From positions 1 through 55,278 of IMG/VR virus record IMGVR_UViG_3300033562_000464: a DNA stretch of 55,278 nt. One strand, 5' to 3'. The notes under the pieces were generated by a model. The model was not told the DNA's origin, searched no databases, and saw only the letters and a list, made by a program, of their open reading frames with translations. The position numbers and the translations under genes are program-made. Origin of the DNA: a virus (Duplodnaviria > Caudoviricetes). Shown in pieces: positions 19,823 through 28,480 of the stretch (positions are counted from its first letter, which is position 1; each line of letters starts with the position of its first letter).

Positions 19823-19851
19823 TTTGGTATCCCCCCCCCCGTTAAATAATT

Positions 19852-19877
19852 AAACGGGGGCTCTCGCCCCCGTTTTT
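19852..19877 (-). terminator. Intrinsic terminator
   Basis: AAACGGGGGC-GAGA-GCCCCCGTTT. Confidence 0.75.
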
Positions 19878-19878
19878 G

Positions 19879-20337
19879 TTAATCGTTTTCAATTTCAGTA
19901 TAAGTATCAACAAACATTTTACAAACTTGAGTTGAAGTTGTAATTAATTCATATTTTTCAAGTATTATTTCTTGTGGTACAACTCTTTCCCTATTAGCGT
20001 TTCTGTATAATGAAGTTGCAAGGCTAACTTTTACGTATACTAGTTCAACTGTGTACCCTAACTCTTGAGCTTGTTTTGTTAACATTATCACGTTGTCGCT
20101 ATTTGTTCCTGTTGTGTCGTATAAAAAGCTAATTCCTGCTGCTAAATTGTTGTAAATTGCTTGTTTTTCTAACATTTTACTTTGTGCATGAGCCACTGTT
20201 GGGTTTTTTGGGTCGTAATTTGGTAAACTTTTTTTAATTTCATCACAATCTACAAATACTAAGTTGCTGTAGTTTTTATTTCTTATTGTTGACTTTCCGC
20301 TTGCTGGTAAACCTGCCATTATAACTAATTTTTTCAT
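19879..20337 (-). CDS. Zeta-toxin-like/AAA_33 P-loop kinase
   Basis: GLPASGKST Walker A, VDCDEIK, YDTTG, RNANRERVVP lid. Confidence 0.8.
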   Translation of the reverse strand: MKKLVIMAGLPASGKSTIRNKNYSNLVFVDCDEIKKSLPNYDPKNPTVAHAQSKMLEKQAIYNNLAAGISFLYDTTGTNSDNVIMLTKQAQELGYTVELVYVKVSLATSLYRNANRERVVPQEIILEKYELITTSTQVCKMFVDTYTEIEND

Positions 20338-20391
20338 TTTTGTTTCCTCCGTTTTTTAAGTTTTTTAAGTTGTTGTTTTGCTACTGAAGTT

Positions 20392-20420
20392 ATAATAACA
20401 TATTCCGATATGGTTTGCAA
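20392..20420 (-). promoter_or_regulatory. Sigma-A early promoter, class Ia
   Basis: TTGCAA-ACCATATCGGAATATGT-TATTAT. Confidence 0.75.
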
Positions 20421-20442
20421 GCTTTTTATTCGAAAATTTGAA

Positions 20443-20898
20443 TTATTTTTCTTCCGCTTGCAGCCTTGTTCTTATTTTGGTTAATCGCCCACAAAACTCC
20501 TTAGTGGTCAATACCGTTTGTGATGGGTCACTTTTGCCCATGCTATAGGTTAAGGTTGCTTCCCTAGTTGATAATAATGCTTTCCTAAACGAAGTATTCT
20601 CACTTAGTGCATTAAATGCCCTGTCAAGCAATTCTTGGTATTCCTTTCCATGCCTATCCATTTCAACACCCCTCCACCATAATTTTTGGGAGTGCCACCA
20701 GTTTTTATCCTTGCCTTTAAATTTTGCTTTTTTACCCACTAACTTACATACTTCAATTTGCATTTCCTCACTCTTAAATTTTAACGATTGTAAAAAGCCT
20801 TCCATTGAGTTACATTGCACACCATCTATTTCGAATGGGTTCGGTGAAAAATTACTTAGTGCATTTGCAGGGTAGTCACCCCAACTGCCTATATCCAT
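20443..20898 (-). CDS. NADAR-family protein (T4 gp30.3-like)
   Basis: ALSNF...F.IDG...SMEGFLQSLKF...FRKALLST signature. Confidence 0.8.
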   Translation of the reverse strand: MDIGSWGDYPANALSNFSPNPFEIDGVQCNSMEGFLQSLKFKSEEMQIEVCKLVGKKAKFKGKDKNWWHSQKLWWRGVEMDRHGKEYQELLDRAFNALSENTSFRKALLSTREATLTYSMGKSDPSQTVLTTKEFCGRLTKIRTRLQAEEK

Positions 20899-20910
20899 TA
20901 TAGTTTCCTC

Positions 20911-21306
20911 CTATCGCTTTTCCCAATAACTATACACGCTGCAAACACCACAATCATATATATCATAATAGTATCCATCAACAACCGTCACAATATGCTT
21001 TGCTACTTTTAGCACATATGTTCCTTCTGGGTGCTCTTTTGCGAAACCGTATACCGTTGGTCGCTTTGAGCCCTTTGTTACCGCTATCGAGTTATACACA
21101 AAACCACGTTCCATGAGGTACTTTTTCCAAGTTTCCCCATCGTTTGGTATGGTTTTCAACTCAAACCCGATTAACATTAATGACACATAAATACTATCCC
21201 ATTCTTTGTTCGTTGCCTTGCATAATGCTCTAATAACACAATCACTCGTTTTCTTGTTTGCTGGGTTTGGGTTGTATTGCTTAAAATGTTTTGTAACCGC
21301 TTTCAT
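20911..21306 (-). CDS. Putative papain-fold Cys-His-Asp protein
   Basis: Start reassigned to MKAVTK after AGGAGG. NP...DCVIRA...HIVTVVDG...DIYD motif. Confidence 0.55.
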   Translation of the reverse strand: MKAVTKHFKQYNPNPANKKTSDCVIRALCKATNKEWDSIYVSLMLIGFELKTIPNDGETWKKYLMERGFVYNSIAVTKGSKRPTVYGFAKEHPEGTYVLKVAKHIVTVVDGYYYDIYDCGVCSVYSYWEKR

Positions 21307-21402
21307 ATTCCATTCCTCCTTTGTATACAAGTTTATCTTGCCACTTATCGCCAACTTTTGCCATTGGCTTGGGGGTTTGGTACCACCCAAGCCAATTATT
21401 TA

Positions 21403-21735
21403 CTATAAAAGACCTAATCGCTTTCTTTTTCTTGCTTCAAGGTTAATTACTTCTAACCACGCTGATTTTGTATCCCTCGCAAATTCAACTTCATTGGTAT
21501 AAGGTTTCCAACCAACAACTTTGCCATTTTCAAAAACTGCGTATTGTGCCAAAAAGTATTCATCAACTTGTTCCCACATTTCACTCAATTCTTCATTCGA
21601 CAATTCTTTAAGCCCTAGTCCGTTGGTAACTAATTCAATGTTATCGTTTGTTATAAAGCCATTTGTTATTTCTTGATTTTTGTAACTTTCTAATGTGCTT
21701 TTAATTAGTACATTTACTATTTGTTCTTTTTTCAT
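21403..21735 (-). CDS. Hypothetical early protein
   Basis: Follows a class Ia promoter and GGAGG RBS. Confidence 0.7.
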   Translation of the reverse strand: MKKEQIVNVLIKSTLESYKNQEITNGFITNDNIELVTNGLGLKELSNEELSEMWEQVDEYFLAQYAVFENGKVVGWKPYTNEVEFARDTKSAWLEVINLEARKRKRLGLL

Positions 21736-21775
21736 TTTCCTTACCTCCAAGTTTTTAAATTTTTATTACTTTTAA

Positions 21776-21804
21776 ATGATAACATATTCCGATATGGTTT
21801 GCAA
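21776..21804 (-). promoter_or_regulatory. Sigma-A early promoter, class Ia
   Basis: TTGCAA-ACCATATCGGAATATGT-TATCAT. Confidence 0.8.
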
Positions 21805-21855
21805 GTCTTTTTATTCGAAAGTTTAAAGGGCTTGCTCACGCTCGCCCCCATGCTT

Positions 21856-22050
21856 TTAATAATCCCTAGTAAATGGGACATGGTTATCTTCTACCAATAA
21901 AAACCATTCAGCATCATCCTGTCTATTATCATTTAGTGCATTAACCATTATTTCGCCCCTAATCTTATCAATATTTTCAGCAATTACTTTATCATCAAAT
22001 ATTTCCCTAGCATAATTATCCGTTTGTATTATTTTCATTAGTTTCCCCAT
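21856..22050 (-). CDS. Small hypothetical protein
   Basis: 64-aa ORF followed by a hairpin terminator at about 21826-21849. Confidence 0.6.
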   Translation of the reverse strand: MGKLMKIIQTDNYAREIFDDKVIAENIDKIRGEIMVNALNDNRQDDAEWFLLVEDNHVPFTRDY

Positions 22051-22515
22051 TCATTTGATTACACAGTGACAACTTGATAAATGTATTTATATCATCGATA
22101 CGTCTTGTTCTAACAAAGTGTTCTTTTTTTAGCCTTTTCAAGTTGCCACCTATAAAAAGTGATTTCACTCAATAAATTCTTTCGTTCTTTTTCAAGCTTA
22201 GTAATTTCTTTAGTTAAATCACCTTTGTATGAAAATGTTGTTTCATTGCCTTTAACAGTTTTTCTCATTTTACACATCACCTTTCACTTTTATAAAATAA
22301 CGCCTAACAATCTTTAATATATTTACTATCAACCCATCTACATCTTGCATCATATTCCCTTAACATAAAATATTTAGATTCATTACTAGAAGTCATGTAG
22401 TTATCAAAGACCTATCATCTTCCGCTATAATTAAAATTGCATTTGTAGGTCTAATCGTATCATCAAAACTAGATAAATCAAATACTACTTTTTTAATTTT
22501 TCACACCCACCTTTA

Positions 22516-22803
22516 TCATAAATTTTTTAATTCCGCCCTTAACAAATCCAGTTTATAGGCTTTAAAATCCCTAATGACTTTTATTTCGTCTGGTGCCAAC
22601 AAAATCACCGAGCCTATAATATCAACGGGTTGGGTACAATAGAACCCCCTGTATGTAGTAACACAAGGCTTCTTTTTGAGCTTCATAATTTTTATTGGTC
22701 CAAATTGTTTATCCCACCAACTAGTCAACTGACCACATTCAGCCTCAAGTACAATTATTTCTTCTTCTAACTTTTCGGCATAAATTAATTTATCTTGTGT
22801 CAT
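22516..22803 (-). CDS. Hypothetical protein
   Basis: Start MTQDKL after GAGGTG. Confidence 0.6.
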   Translation of the reverse strand: MTQDKLIYAEKLEEEIIVLEAECGQLTSWWDKQFGPIKIMKLKKKPCVTTYRGFYCTQPVDIIGSVILLAPDEIKVIRDFKAYKLDLLRAELKNL

Positions 22804-22804
22804 A

Positions 22805-23029
22805 TCACACCTCACTTTCATCAAACACATAATTTATAAAACAATGACTACAAACATCAAGCTCGGCTTTGACGTTCTTACAAGCTTCCTTTTCCTCTTG
22901 GTGCAAGCATTCCTTTGCATATATTGCACAAGTGTTTATCATGTGGTGCTTTAATAAACGTCTAATTGTCTTTCTAAATAGTTCACTGTTTACTTTTTTT
23001 AATGATGGCTTTTCCCTATACGACATCAT
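22805..23029 (-). CDS. Cys-rich hypothetical protein
   Basis: Start MMSYREK after GAGGT. Confidence 0.55.
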   Translation of the reverse strand: MMSYREKPSLKKVNSELFRKTIRRLLKHHMINTCAIYAKECLHQEEKEACKNVKAELDVCSHCFINYVFDESEV

Positions 23030-23222
23030 GTACCTCACTAATTTTATTTCGGGTTGATTTTTCATCGCATAATGGGCAAACATACCAACGTTTGTCACCC
23101 TTTGTTCCTGCTATGCCCCTAAATAAACGACGTTGTTGACGGCTTGAGCATATTGATAAAGTCTTTTTATCCCATGCTTCATCGGCGGATTCGCCCAAAC
23201 ATAATTCACATTTTAATATCAT
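23016..23222 (-). CDS. Small zinc-finger protein
   Basis: CELC and CPLC pairs. Confidence 0.6.
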   Translation of the reverse strand: MILKCELCLGESADEAWDKKTLSICSSRQQRRLFRGIAGTKGDKRWYVCPLCDEKSTRNKISEVHDVV

Positions 23223-23419
23223 TCGCCTGCTCTCCTAACACTTTCCTTGATATATTTTGTTTGTATCATTAATCTATTTCCTTCGTAGCCATCTGATTCA
23301 AATACTAGTATGCTTCCGTCGCTAAATGTAATTGCCACATAATCATCTTCTTCATTAATCGAACTTATTACTTTACCAGTAAATTGTTCCTCAAGTTCAT
23401 TATTTTTTGCCATTAACAA
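23219..23419 (-). CDS. Small acidic hypothetical protein
   Basis: GKVISSI...ITFSDGS pattern, GAGGAGG RBS. Confidence 0.6.
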   Translation of the reverse strand: MLMAKNNELEEQFTGKVISSINEEDDYVAITFSDGSILVFESDGYEGNRLMIQTKYIKESVRRAGE

Positions 23420-23637
23420 TTTGCCTCCTCATACCAACATTTGACACACTTTTCCTTTTGGTGCTCCGCCCCCACATTGCCACAAGTTGAAAATGATGGT
23501 TCACCACTTAAAAAATCTTTCGGGCAGTACTCAAATATTATTTCATCATCGGGCATGCCATCAAATTCATCTACTTTTTTTACCTTACCACTTAATAAAG
23601 CACCGCTCATCTTTGCCATTTCAATTCTGCTACACAT
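23413..23637 (-). CDS. Small Cys-rich protein
   Basis: YCP...C...CVKCW motif common in Firmicute phage small genes. Confidence 0.6.
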   Translation of the reverse strand: MCSRIEMAKMSGALLSGKVKKVDEFDGMPDDEIIFEYCPKDFLSGEPSFSTCGNVGAEHQKEKCVKCWYEEANC

Positions 23638-23648
23638 TTCACAACCCC

Positions 23649-23771
23649 CTAAAATGGTATATCATCGTCACCAAAATCATCATCAACGGATACGAAGTTT
23701 TCATTACATCTATTTCCGATTCTCCTAGTTGGCTTCGCCCCAACACTTTTTCTAACATTAGCCCTTTCCAT
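23649..23771 (-). CDS. 40-aa peptide ending in an SSB-like acidic tail (DDDFGDDDIPF)
   Basis: ATG directly follows the upstream TAA in the same frame. MERANVRKSVGAKPTRRIGNRCNENFVSVDDDFGDDDIPF*. Confidence 0.6.
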   Translation of the reverse strand: MERANVRKSVGAKPTRRIGNRCNENFVSVDDDFGDDDIPF

Positions 23772-24065
23772 TTATTCATCAATGTTATCACTAATAAAAG
23801 CTTTTGCATCATCCCAAGTTGTACCTACAAACTTTATTCCCAAATTACGCTCAATGGCACTTATTGCTGTTTTCATTTTTTCTGTAGCACCATTAATATA
23901 ATCTGCCGATGTGCCACCAGTGTTTCCTTGTGGGTTTAATTTTGAACTTATTTCGCCCATAACACCTATCACAATTTCACTAACTAATTCGGTTGCTTCC
24001 TCGTTTGTGCACCCAAGAAAATCAATAAATAATTTCCTCGCTCTTAATATGTTTGAATTTGCCAT
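23772..24065 (-). CDS. Hypothetical middle protein
   Basis: 97 aa, AGGAGG RBS, downstream of a class II promoter. Confidence 0.7.
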   Translation of the reverse strand: MANSNILRARKLFIDFLGCTNEEATELVSEIVIGVMGEISSKLNPQGNTGGTSADYINGATEKMKTAISAIERNLGIKFVGTTWDDAKAFISDNIDE

Positions 24066-24093
24066 TTAAAAACCTCCTTTTTTGTTATGCACC

Positions 24094-24125
24094 TAATATA
24101 TAATATAATTAGGTTTTTATTAAAG
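24094..24125 (-). promoter_or_regulatory. Class II promoter (putative phage sigma)
   Basis: CTTTAA-N17-TATATATTA. Confidence 0.7.
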
Positions 24126-24146
24126 TTGAAATAAAAAGTATTGCAA

Positions 24147-24500
24147 TTATCTGCAATACCCTGAAAAGTTTACTAATCTAGGCTTTTGGTTGTATTCTTT
24201 AGCCAATTCCGCCCCACGTTTGTTCACTTCGTTAATGTACGGCATAATTTTTTCTTTTGCTTCATCCCGTGTCATTAAGTTTACTGCGTATAATCTTTTC
24301 GCTATTTCTGCATTTTGTTTTAATAATCTCATTTCATCAGACATTGAAGTTACAGATTTTTTAACCCCAATTGTTTTTGATAATTCTTTAATATAATTTA
24401 AAGCATCTTCATAATTAAATGCTCTATATGGAGCCACTACACCATTTGTAAAGACCACATCGTATTCATCGCCAACTGCTTTAATTGTGTATTCGTTCAT
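24147..24500 (-). CDS. Hypothetical early protein
   Basis: Follows a class Ia promoter. Confidence 0.7.
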   Translation of the reverse strand: MNEYTIKAVGDEYDVVFTNGVVAPYRAFNYEDALNYIKELSKTIGVKKSVTSMSDEMRLLKQNAEIAKRLYAVNLMTRDEAKEKIMPYINEVNKRGAELAKEYNQKPRLVNFSGYCR

Positions 24501-24540
24501 TTTATTACCCCCAAGTTTTTAAGTTTTTTATTACCCTTAA

Positions 24541-24588
24541 ATGATAACATATTACGATATGGTTTGCAAGTGCCATATCGGGATATTT
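24541..24588 (-). promoter_or_regulatory. Sigma-A early promoter, class Ia, with a second inverted dyad copy
   Basis: TTGCAA-N17-TATCAT (24569-24541). An inverted copy of the spacer dyad lies at 24573-24588. Confidence 0.75.
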
Positions 24589-24593
24589 AAAAA

Positions 24594-24779
24594 TTATTTT
24601 TTACCCTCATAATCAAGGTATTTTTCATATTGTGCCCACAAGTAAGAAAACTGCTTGTCGGCTTGTTTTACACCACGTTTCACAACATCTGATTCATAAG
24701 TGTAATTATTATCCCTTTTAACACACCATTCCTCAAAACTTAACAAGTTGTCACCCACAATTAATTCCCTTCCGCACAA
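24594..24779 (-). CDS. Small hypothetical protein
   Basis: About 60-aa ORF overlapping the end of holA. Confidence 0.5.
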   Translation of the reverse strand: MCGRELIVGDNLLSFEEWCVKRDNNYTYESDVVKRGVKQADKQFSYLWAQYEKYLDYEGKK

Positions 24780-25669
24780 ACTAAAATATCTATCATTAAT
24801 TTTTCCATTGCCACGTTTTGGTCAATTTTACCTGTTTTTATCCCAAACTCAGCGCCTTGCACCAACCTCAAAATCATCAACAATACGTTTAAAGAATAGT
24901 AGTTTGTCTTTTCCCTTATGTGTTTTATATGGTAAACATTCAAGCCCGTCTTTGCAGCAATATCCTTGTCGGTATTTTGTGCCATACCTTGCACCAACAA
25001 TATATTTCTAAAATTAGTATAAAACAAGCTTATTATCTTTATAGGGCTTTCACCACCAGCCATCAATTCTTTAAAGCAATCAAATGCAGGTAACGCTTGT
25101 CCCGATGTTACATAGCCCACCATATCAAACACCACATCTTCTGGTCTTGGTATTACTAATTCATAAACTATATCAAAAGTTATTTCATCCAACCGTTTTA
25201 ATTTGTCAATTTCTAATTCAACCCGACTAAAATCACCGTTGCTATTTCTTACAACTTTACTAGCCAATTGATTTGAAATATTTAGCTCTTTGGTTACAAG
25301 CCCCACCAATTGCCACTCGGTTAACTTGTCGAAGCTTATTATATAATCTTTCCACTGCTTGTAAAACTTGCCACGCCCGTCAATATTTGTATAACATAAT
25401 ATAACAATATTATCACCAATTAAACTAATTAAATCAATGTCTTGCTTTACCAAATCATCATCGTCCCTTATCATGTAGGTTGATTTTTGTTTAAATAACA
25501 TGACGCCAGTAAGTTTTGGTATTATTTCGGTAAACTTGTTCGCCTTAACAACATTAGAGCCTATTTTACGAGCATATAAATCCATCATACCACGCTCATC
25601 CCCAACAAATATATATAAATTTCGAAGTTTGCCACCACTTAACTCCCTTTTTAAACCAGCTATGTCCAT
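24761..25669 (-). CDS. holA: Clamp loader delta subunit
   Basis: LYIFVGDE, MLF clamp-wrench motif, ELEIDKL, VFDMV, GESPIKII, IKTG. Confidence 0.85.
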   Translation of the reverse strand: MDIAGLKRELSGGKLRNLYIFVGDERGMMDLYARKIGSNVVKANKFTEIIPKLTGVMLFKQKSTYMIRDDDDLVKQDIDLISLIGDNIVILCYTNIDGRGKFYKQWKDYIISFDKLTEWQLVGLVTKELNISNQLASKVVRNSNGDFSRVELEIDKLKRLDEITFDIVYELVIPRPEDVVFDMVGYVTSGQALPAFDCFKELMAGGESPIKIISLFYTNFRNILLVQGMAQNTDKDIAAKTGLNVYHIKHIREKTNYYSLNVLLMILRLVQGAEFGIKTGKIDQNVAMEKLMIDILVCAEGN

Positions 25670-26479
25670 TTAATTTTCCCTCCAAATTTTTCGAAGATCG
25701 AGCACAAAAATGTCAAGTAGTGAAAGTTTGTTTACCCCTTTTATTTTAAACATGCCACGGTATTTATACACTAATCGCATTGTTTCAACGTACCGAAACG
25801 CCTTATCCTTTGGCACATCTTTCATTTTAGCATTGCACACATAAAGCACCATGTTAAAAAATAATCCAGGTGGGTAACCACTATCATCATCTTTTAGTTT
25901 GATTTGTTTGTAAATATTTAAACTGTTCAACGTGCTAACCTTACCGATATTATCTATTACCTTATTTGTAAAATCATATAACTCTTTTACCCCAACATCC
26001 TCAAGAACTTTAATCTCGCCCATGTTGGTGACGCACCCAAGCATTAAATCATCATCCGTGAATTGTTTTAGCTCGTTTTGTGTATAGGTGCCCATCCTAA
26101 ATATTTTTCCTCTGCTTTGTATAGTTGGCAATAGGTTTTCAACATCCTCAACACCTAAAACAACATAACAGTTTTTCGGTGGTTCCTCAGTCAATTTTAA
26201 TAATGCGTTTTCGGCTTGTGGGGTTAACTCATCCGCCCCCTTTAAGTAATAAATCATTTCACTACTTAATTTGTTTGCCCCGCTAATAATACCACGTATG
26301 TCATCAACTTTTAGGCTTTCGGGTTGTGTTACTTGTGCATTGATTTTATTTGCAATATATTCGACCAACATGCTTCTGCCCGAGCCAGCCCAACCAACAA
26401 CCATAATAAATTGTGGAAACCTTTCGGTCTCCACTAGTTCGGTGATGTGTTTTTTTAGTTCTTCCTGCCCTACAAACAC
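25670..26479 (-). CDS. holB: Clamp loader delta-prime subunit
   Basis: Degenerate Walker A (GWAGSGRS), AENALLKLTEEPP, LLPTIQSR. Confidence 0.88.
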   Translation of the reverse strand: MFVGQEELKKHITELVETERFPQFIMVVGWAGSGRSMLVEYIANKINAQVTQPESLKVDDIRGIISGANKLSSEMIYYLKGADELTPQAENALLKLTEEPPKNCYVVLGVEDVENLLPTIQSRGKIFRMGTYTQNELKQFTDDDLMLGCVTNMGEIKVLEDVGVKELYDFTNKVIDNIGKVSTLNSLNIYKQIKLKDDDSGYPPGLFFNMVLYVCNAKMKDVPKDKAFRYVETMRLVYKYRGMFKIKGVNKLSLLDIFVLDLRKIWREN

Positions 26480-27534
26480 AATAACAACACCTCGCCTTCA
26501 ATAATTGGTTTTACATTGTTTTCCCACTTAATTTTCGCACTTAGCTCAATAAATGATTTTAGTACTTCTTGAAATAGGCTCATTTCTAGTTGTATGTAGT
26601 TTTGTAAATCAGCGTCATACATTTGGGGTATCGCTATGTAATCAAACACATCTATTTCGGGGTTAATTAGCAATTTATACTTCATAATATCAAGTACAAA
26701 ATTAGTGTATGATTTAACAAACTGCTTTAAATCTTTGCCCTCGGAGTGCTGCAATTCAATCAACATAATAGCACCAGCACCATTGCCATCAATTATCATA
26801 TCTGTCAAATTAAAAAACACATCATAATCAACCGCCCCAAGTATGCCAATAATGTCATCAAGTGTTAAAACTTGACCATAACCTAAACAAGTATCAAGCA
26901 GTGTTATGGCATTTCGCATCCCACCATCTGCAATTTTTGCAATATATTCAATTGCATCTAGAGCAATATCAAAACCTGGTTCGTCTTTTGCGGACGCTTC
27001 TGGTGCAAGTGCATCTTCCTCGCCCCTAATAATATACTGCAACCTACCAATTATTTCATGTGTGCTTAACCGCTTAAAATCAAACCGTTGAACCCTACTT
27101 ATGATTGTGGCTGGTATTTTTTGTGGGTCGGTTGTGCAAAACATAAATATTGTATTTAGTGGTGGTTCTTCCAATACTTTAAGCATTGCATTCCATGCCC
27201 CTATTGATAACATGTGACACTCATCAATAATGTAAACCTTATTTTCGGCATCCATTGACTTAAATTTACAATTATCAATAATTACACGGACATTATCTAC
27301 CCCGTTATTACTTGCACCATCAATTTCAATGGGCTTTCCTTTGCCTTTGTTTATGTCATGGGCAAATATTCTTGCTGACGTTGTTTTGCCCGTACCAGCC
27401 CCACCCGTAAAAAGATAAGCTTGTTTTGTTTCACCCGTTTCAAGTTGGTTCATTAATATTGTTTTTATGTGCCCCTGACCAACTACCTCGTTAAAATGTT
27501 TTGGTCGATACTTACTTGCTAAATTTTCTGACAT
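26470..27534 (-). CDS. dnaX: Clamp loader gamma/tau ATPase (gamma-length)
   Basis: KYRPKHFNEVVGQ, GAGTGKTT, IEIDGASN, IIDECHML, LEEPP, TIISR, GGMRNA. Confidence 0.93.
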   Translation of the reverse strand: MSENLASKYRPKHFNEVVGQGHIKTILMNQLETGETKQAYLFTGGAGTGKTTSARIFAHDINKGKGKPIEIDGASNNGVDNVRVIIDNCKFKSMDAENKVYIIDECHMLSIGAWNAMLKVLEEPPLNTIFMFCTTDPQKIPATIISRVQRFDFKRLSTHEIIGRLQYIIRGEEDALAPEASAKDEPGFDIALDAIEYIAKIADGGMRNAITLLDTCLGYGQVLTLDDIIGILGAVDYDVFFNLTDMIIDGNGAGAIMLIELQHSEGKDLKQFVKSYTNFVLDIMKYKLLINPEIDVFDYIAIPQMYDADLQNYIQLEMSLFQEVLKSFIELSAKIKWENNVKPIIEGEVLLLCL

Positions 27535-28105
27535 GTTTTATTGTCCCCCTTATTGGTCTGGTTTCTTTGCATCGTTTTCCATAACGTCTAATAACATCTT
27601 GTTCCGCAGGTGTAAACTCATCAATAACTTTGCCACCATGCCACTTATCGGGCTTCGCACCACTATTCATAATAAATAGCCCTTTTGGTTGTTTATAAGG
27701 CTTTGCTGGCATTAATTCTATACCATCAAAATAAAATTCGGCAATTATATCTGTGTAAAAATCATCTATTTTTGCCCCCGAATCTTGTAACACCACCGTC
27801 GCAAGAACCGTCTTTATTAATTGCAATTTTCCTGATTTAACGCTTTGCCTTGTTGTAAAACCAAGCTCAATAATTTTTGCAATTAATTCCTTATCGTTTA
27901 CGTAAACAAGTGAATCACCTGTTAACTTATGAGGATTATTTGGAACATAATACTTTTCAAATACATCGCTCACAATTGTTCCCATGTGTGAAACACCATC
28001 GGCAAACCTAGCTCGGTCAATTCCATAATCGGTTAAATACTTGTTAATACTTTGGTTTGTAAAATATGGACCCTCACCATTAATTCGAAAACCTTGCAAT
28101 TTCAC
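27512..28105 (-). CDS. Hypothetical protein
   Basis: 197 aa, GTG start, preceded by AAACTTAAAAACTTGAGGAGG. Confidence 0.7.
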   Translation of the reverse strand: MKLQGFRINGEGPYFTNQSINKYLTDYGIDRARFADGVSHMGTIVSDVFEKYYVPNNPHKLTGDSLVYVNDKELIAKIIELGFTTRQSVKSGKLQLIKTVLATVVLQDSGAKIDDFYTDIIAEFYFDGIELMPAKPYKQPKGLFIMNSGAKPDKWHGGKVIDEFTPAEQDVIRRYGKRCKETRPIRGTIKHVRKFSK

Positions 28106-28126
28106 TTTGTTAACCTCCTCAAGTTT

Positions 28127-28480
28127 TTAAGTTTCATCGCCATGTAACTCCTTCCATGCGTTATATAGTTCCACAAAATCAACTTCACTAACTGCTATAA
28201 AGCTAATCTTGGGTTCGCCAAAATTAAATCTAATCCCTGAAAAACGTTTGTTCATACTAAATGATTCTTCTTTTATTTTGCGAAACCATTTAATGTTCAA
28301 ACTTACACTTTCCCTTATGTTCATCATGGTCTTGTCATCTAGTAAAGTATAATCGTCAACCAAATCGCCTTTTGCGAACCTTGTTGAGCCGCTGTTGGTT
28401 TGTTGTCTCATGCCTATGGCTTTGGCACCAATCTTTTCGCTCTTGTTACTAACTTCCCGTGTACTTATTTTCTTTTCCAT
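28127..28480 (-). CDS. PD-(D/E)xK nuclease, Holliday-junction-resolvase-like
   Basis: Start reassigned to MEKKIS. E...NSGS...KGD...LDDKT motif order. Confidence 0.65.
   Translation of the reverse strand: MEKKISTREVSNKSEKIGAKAIGMRQQTNSGSTRFAKGDLVDDYTLLDDKTMMNIRESVSLNIKWFRKIKEESFSMNKRFSGIRFNFGEPKISFIAVSEVDFVELYNAWKELHGDET

Noticed and set aside
23772-23774. Genome-wide stop-codon reassignment
   Set aside because: Core genes are full length in code 11 and end in TAA, TAG and TGA.
9350-24570. Dispersed 27-bp repeats as CRISPR repeats or att sites
   Set aside because: They are kilobases apart and fully explained as -35/-10 promoters. No recombinase is present.
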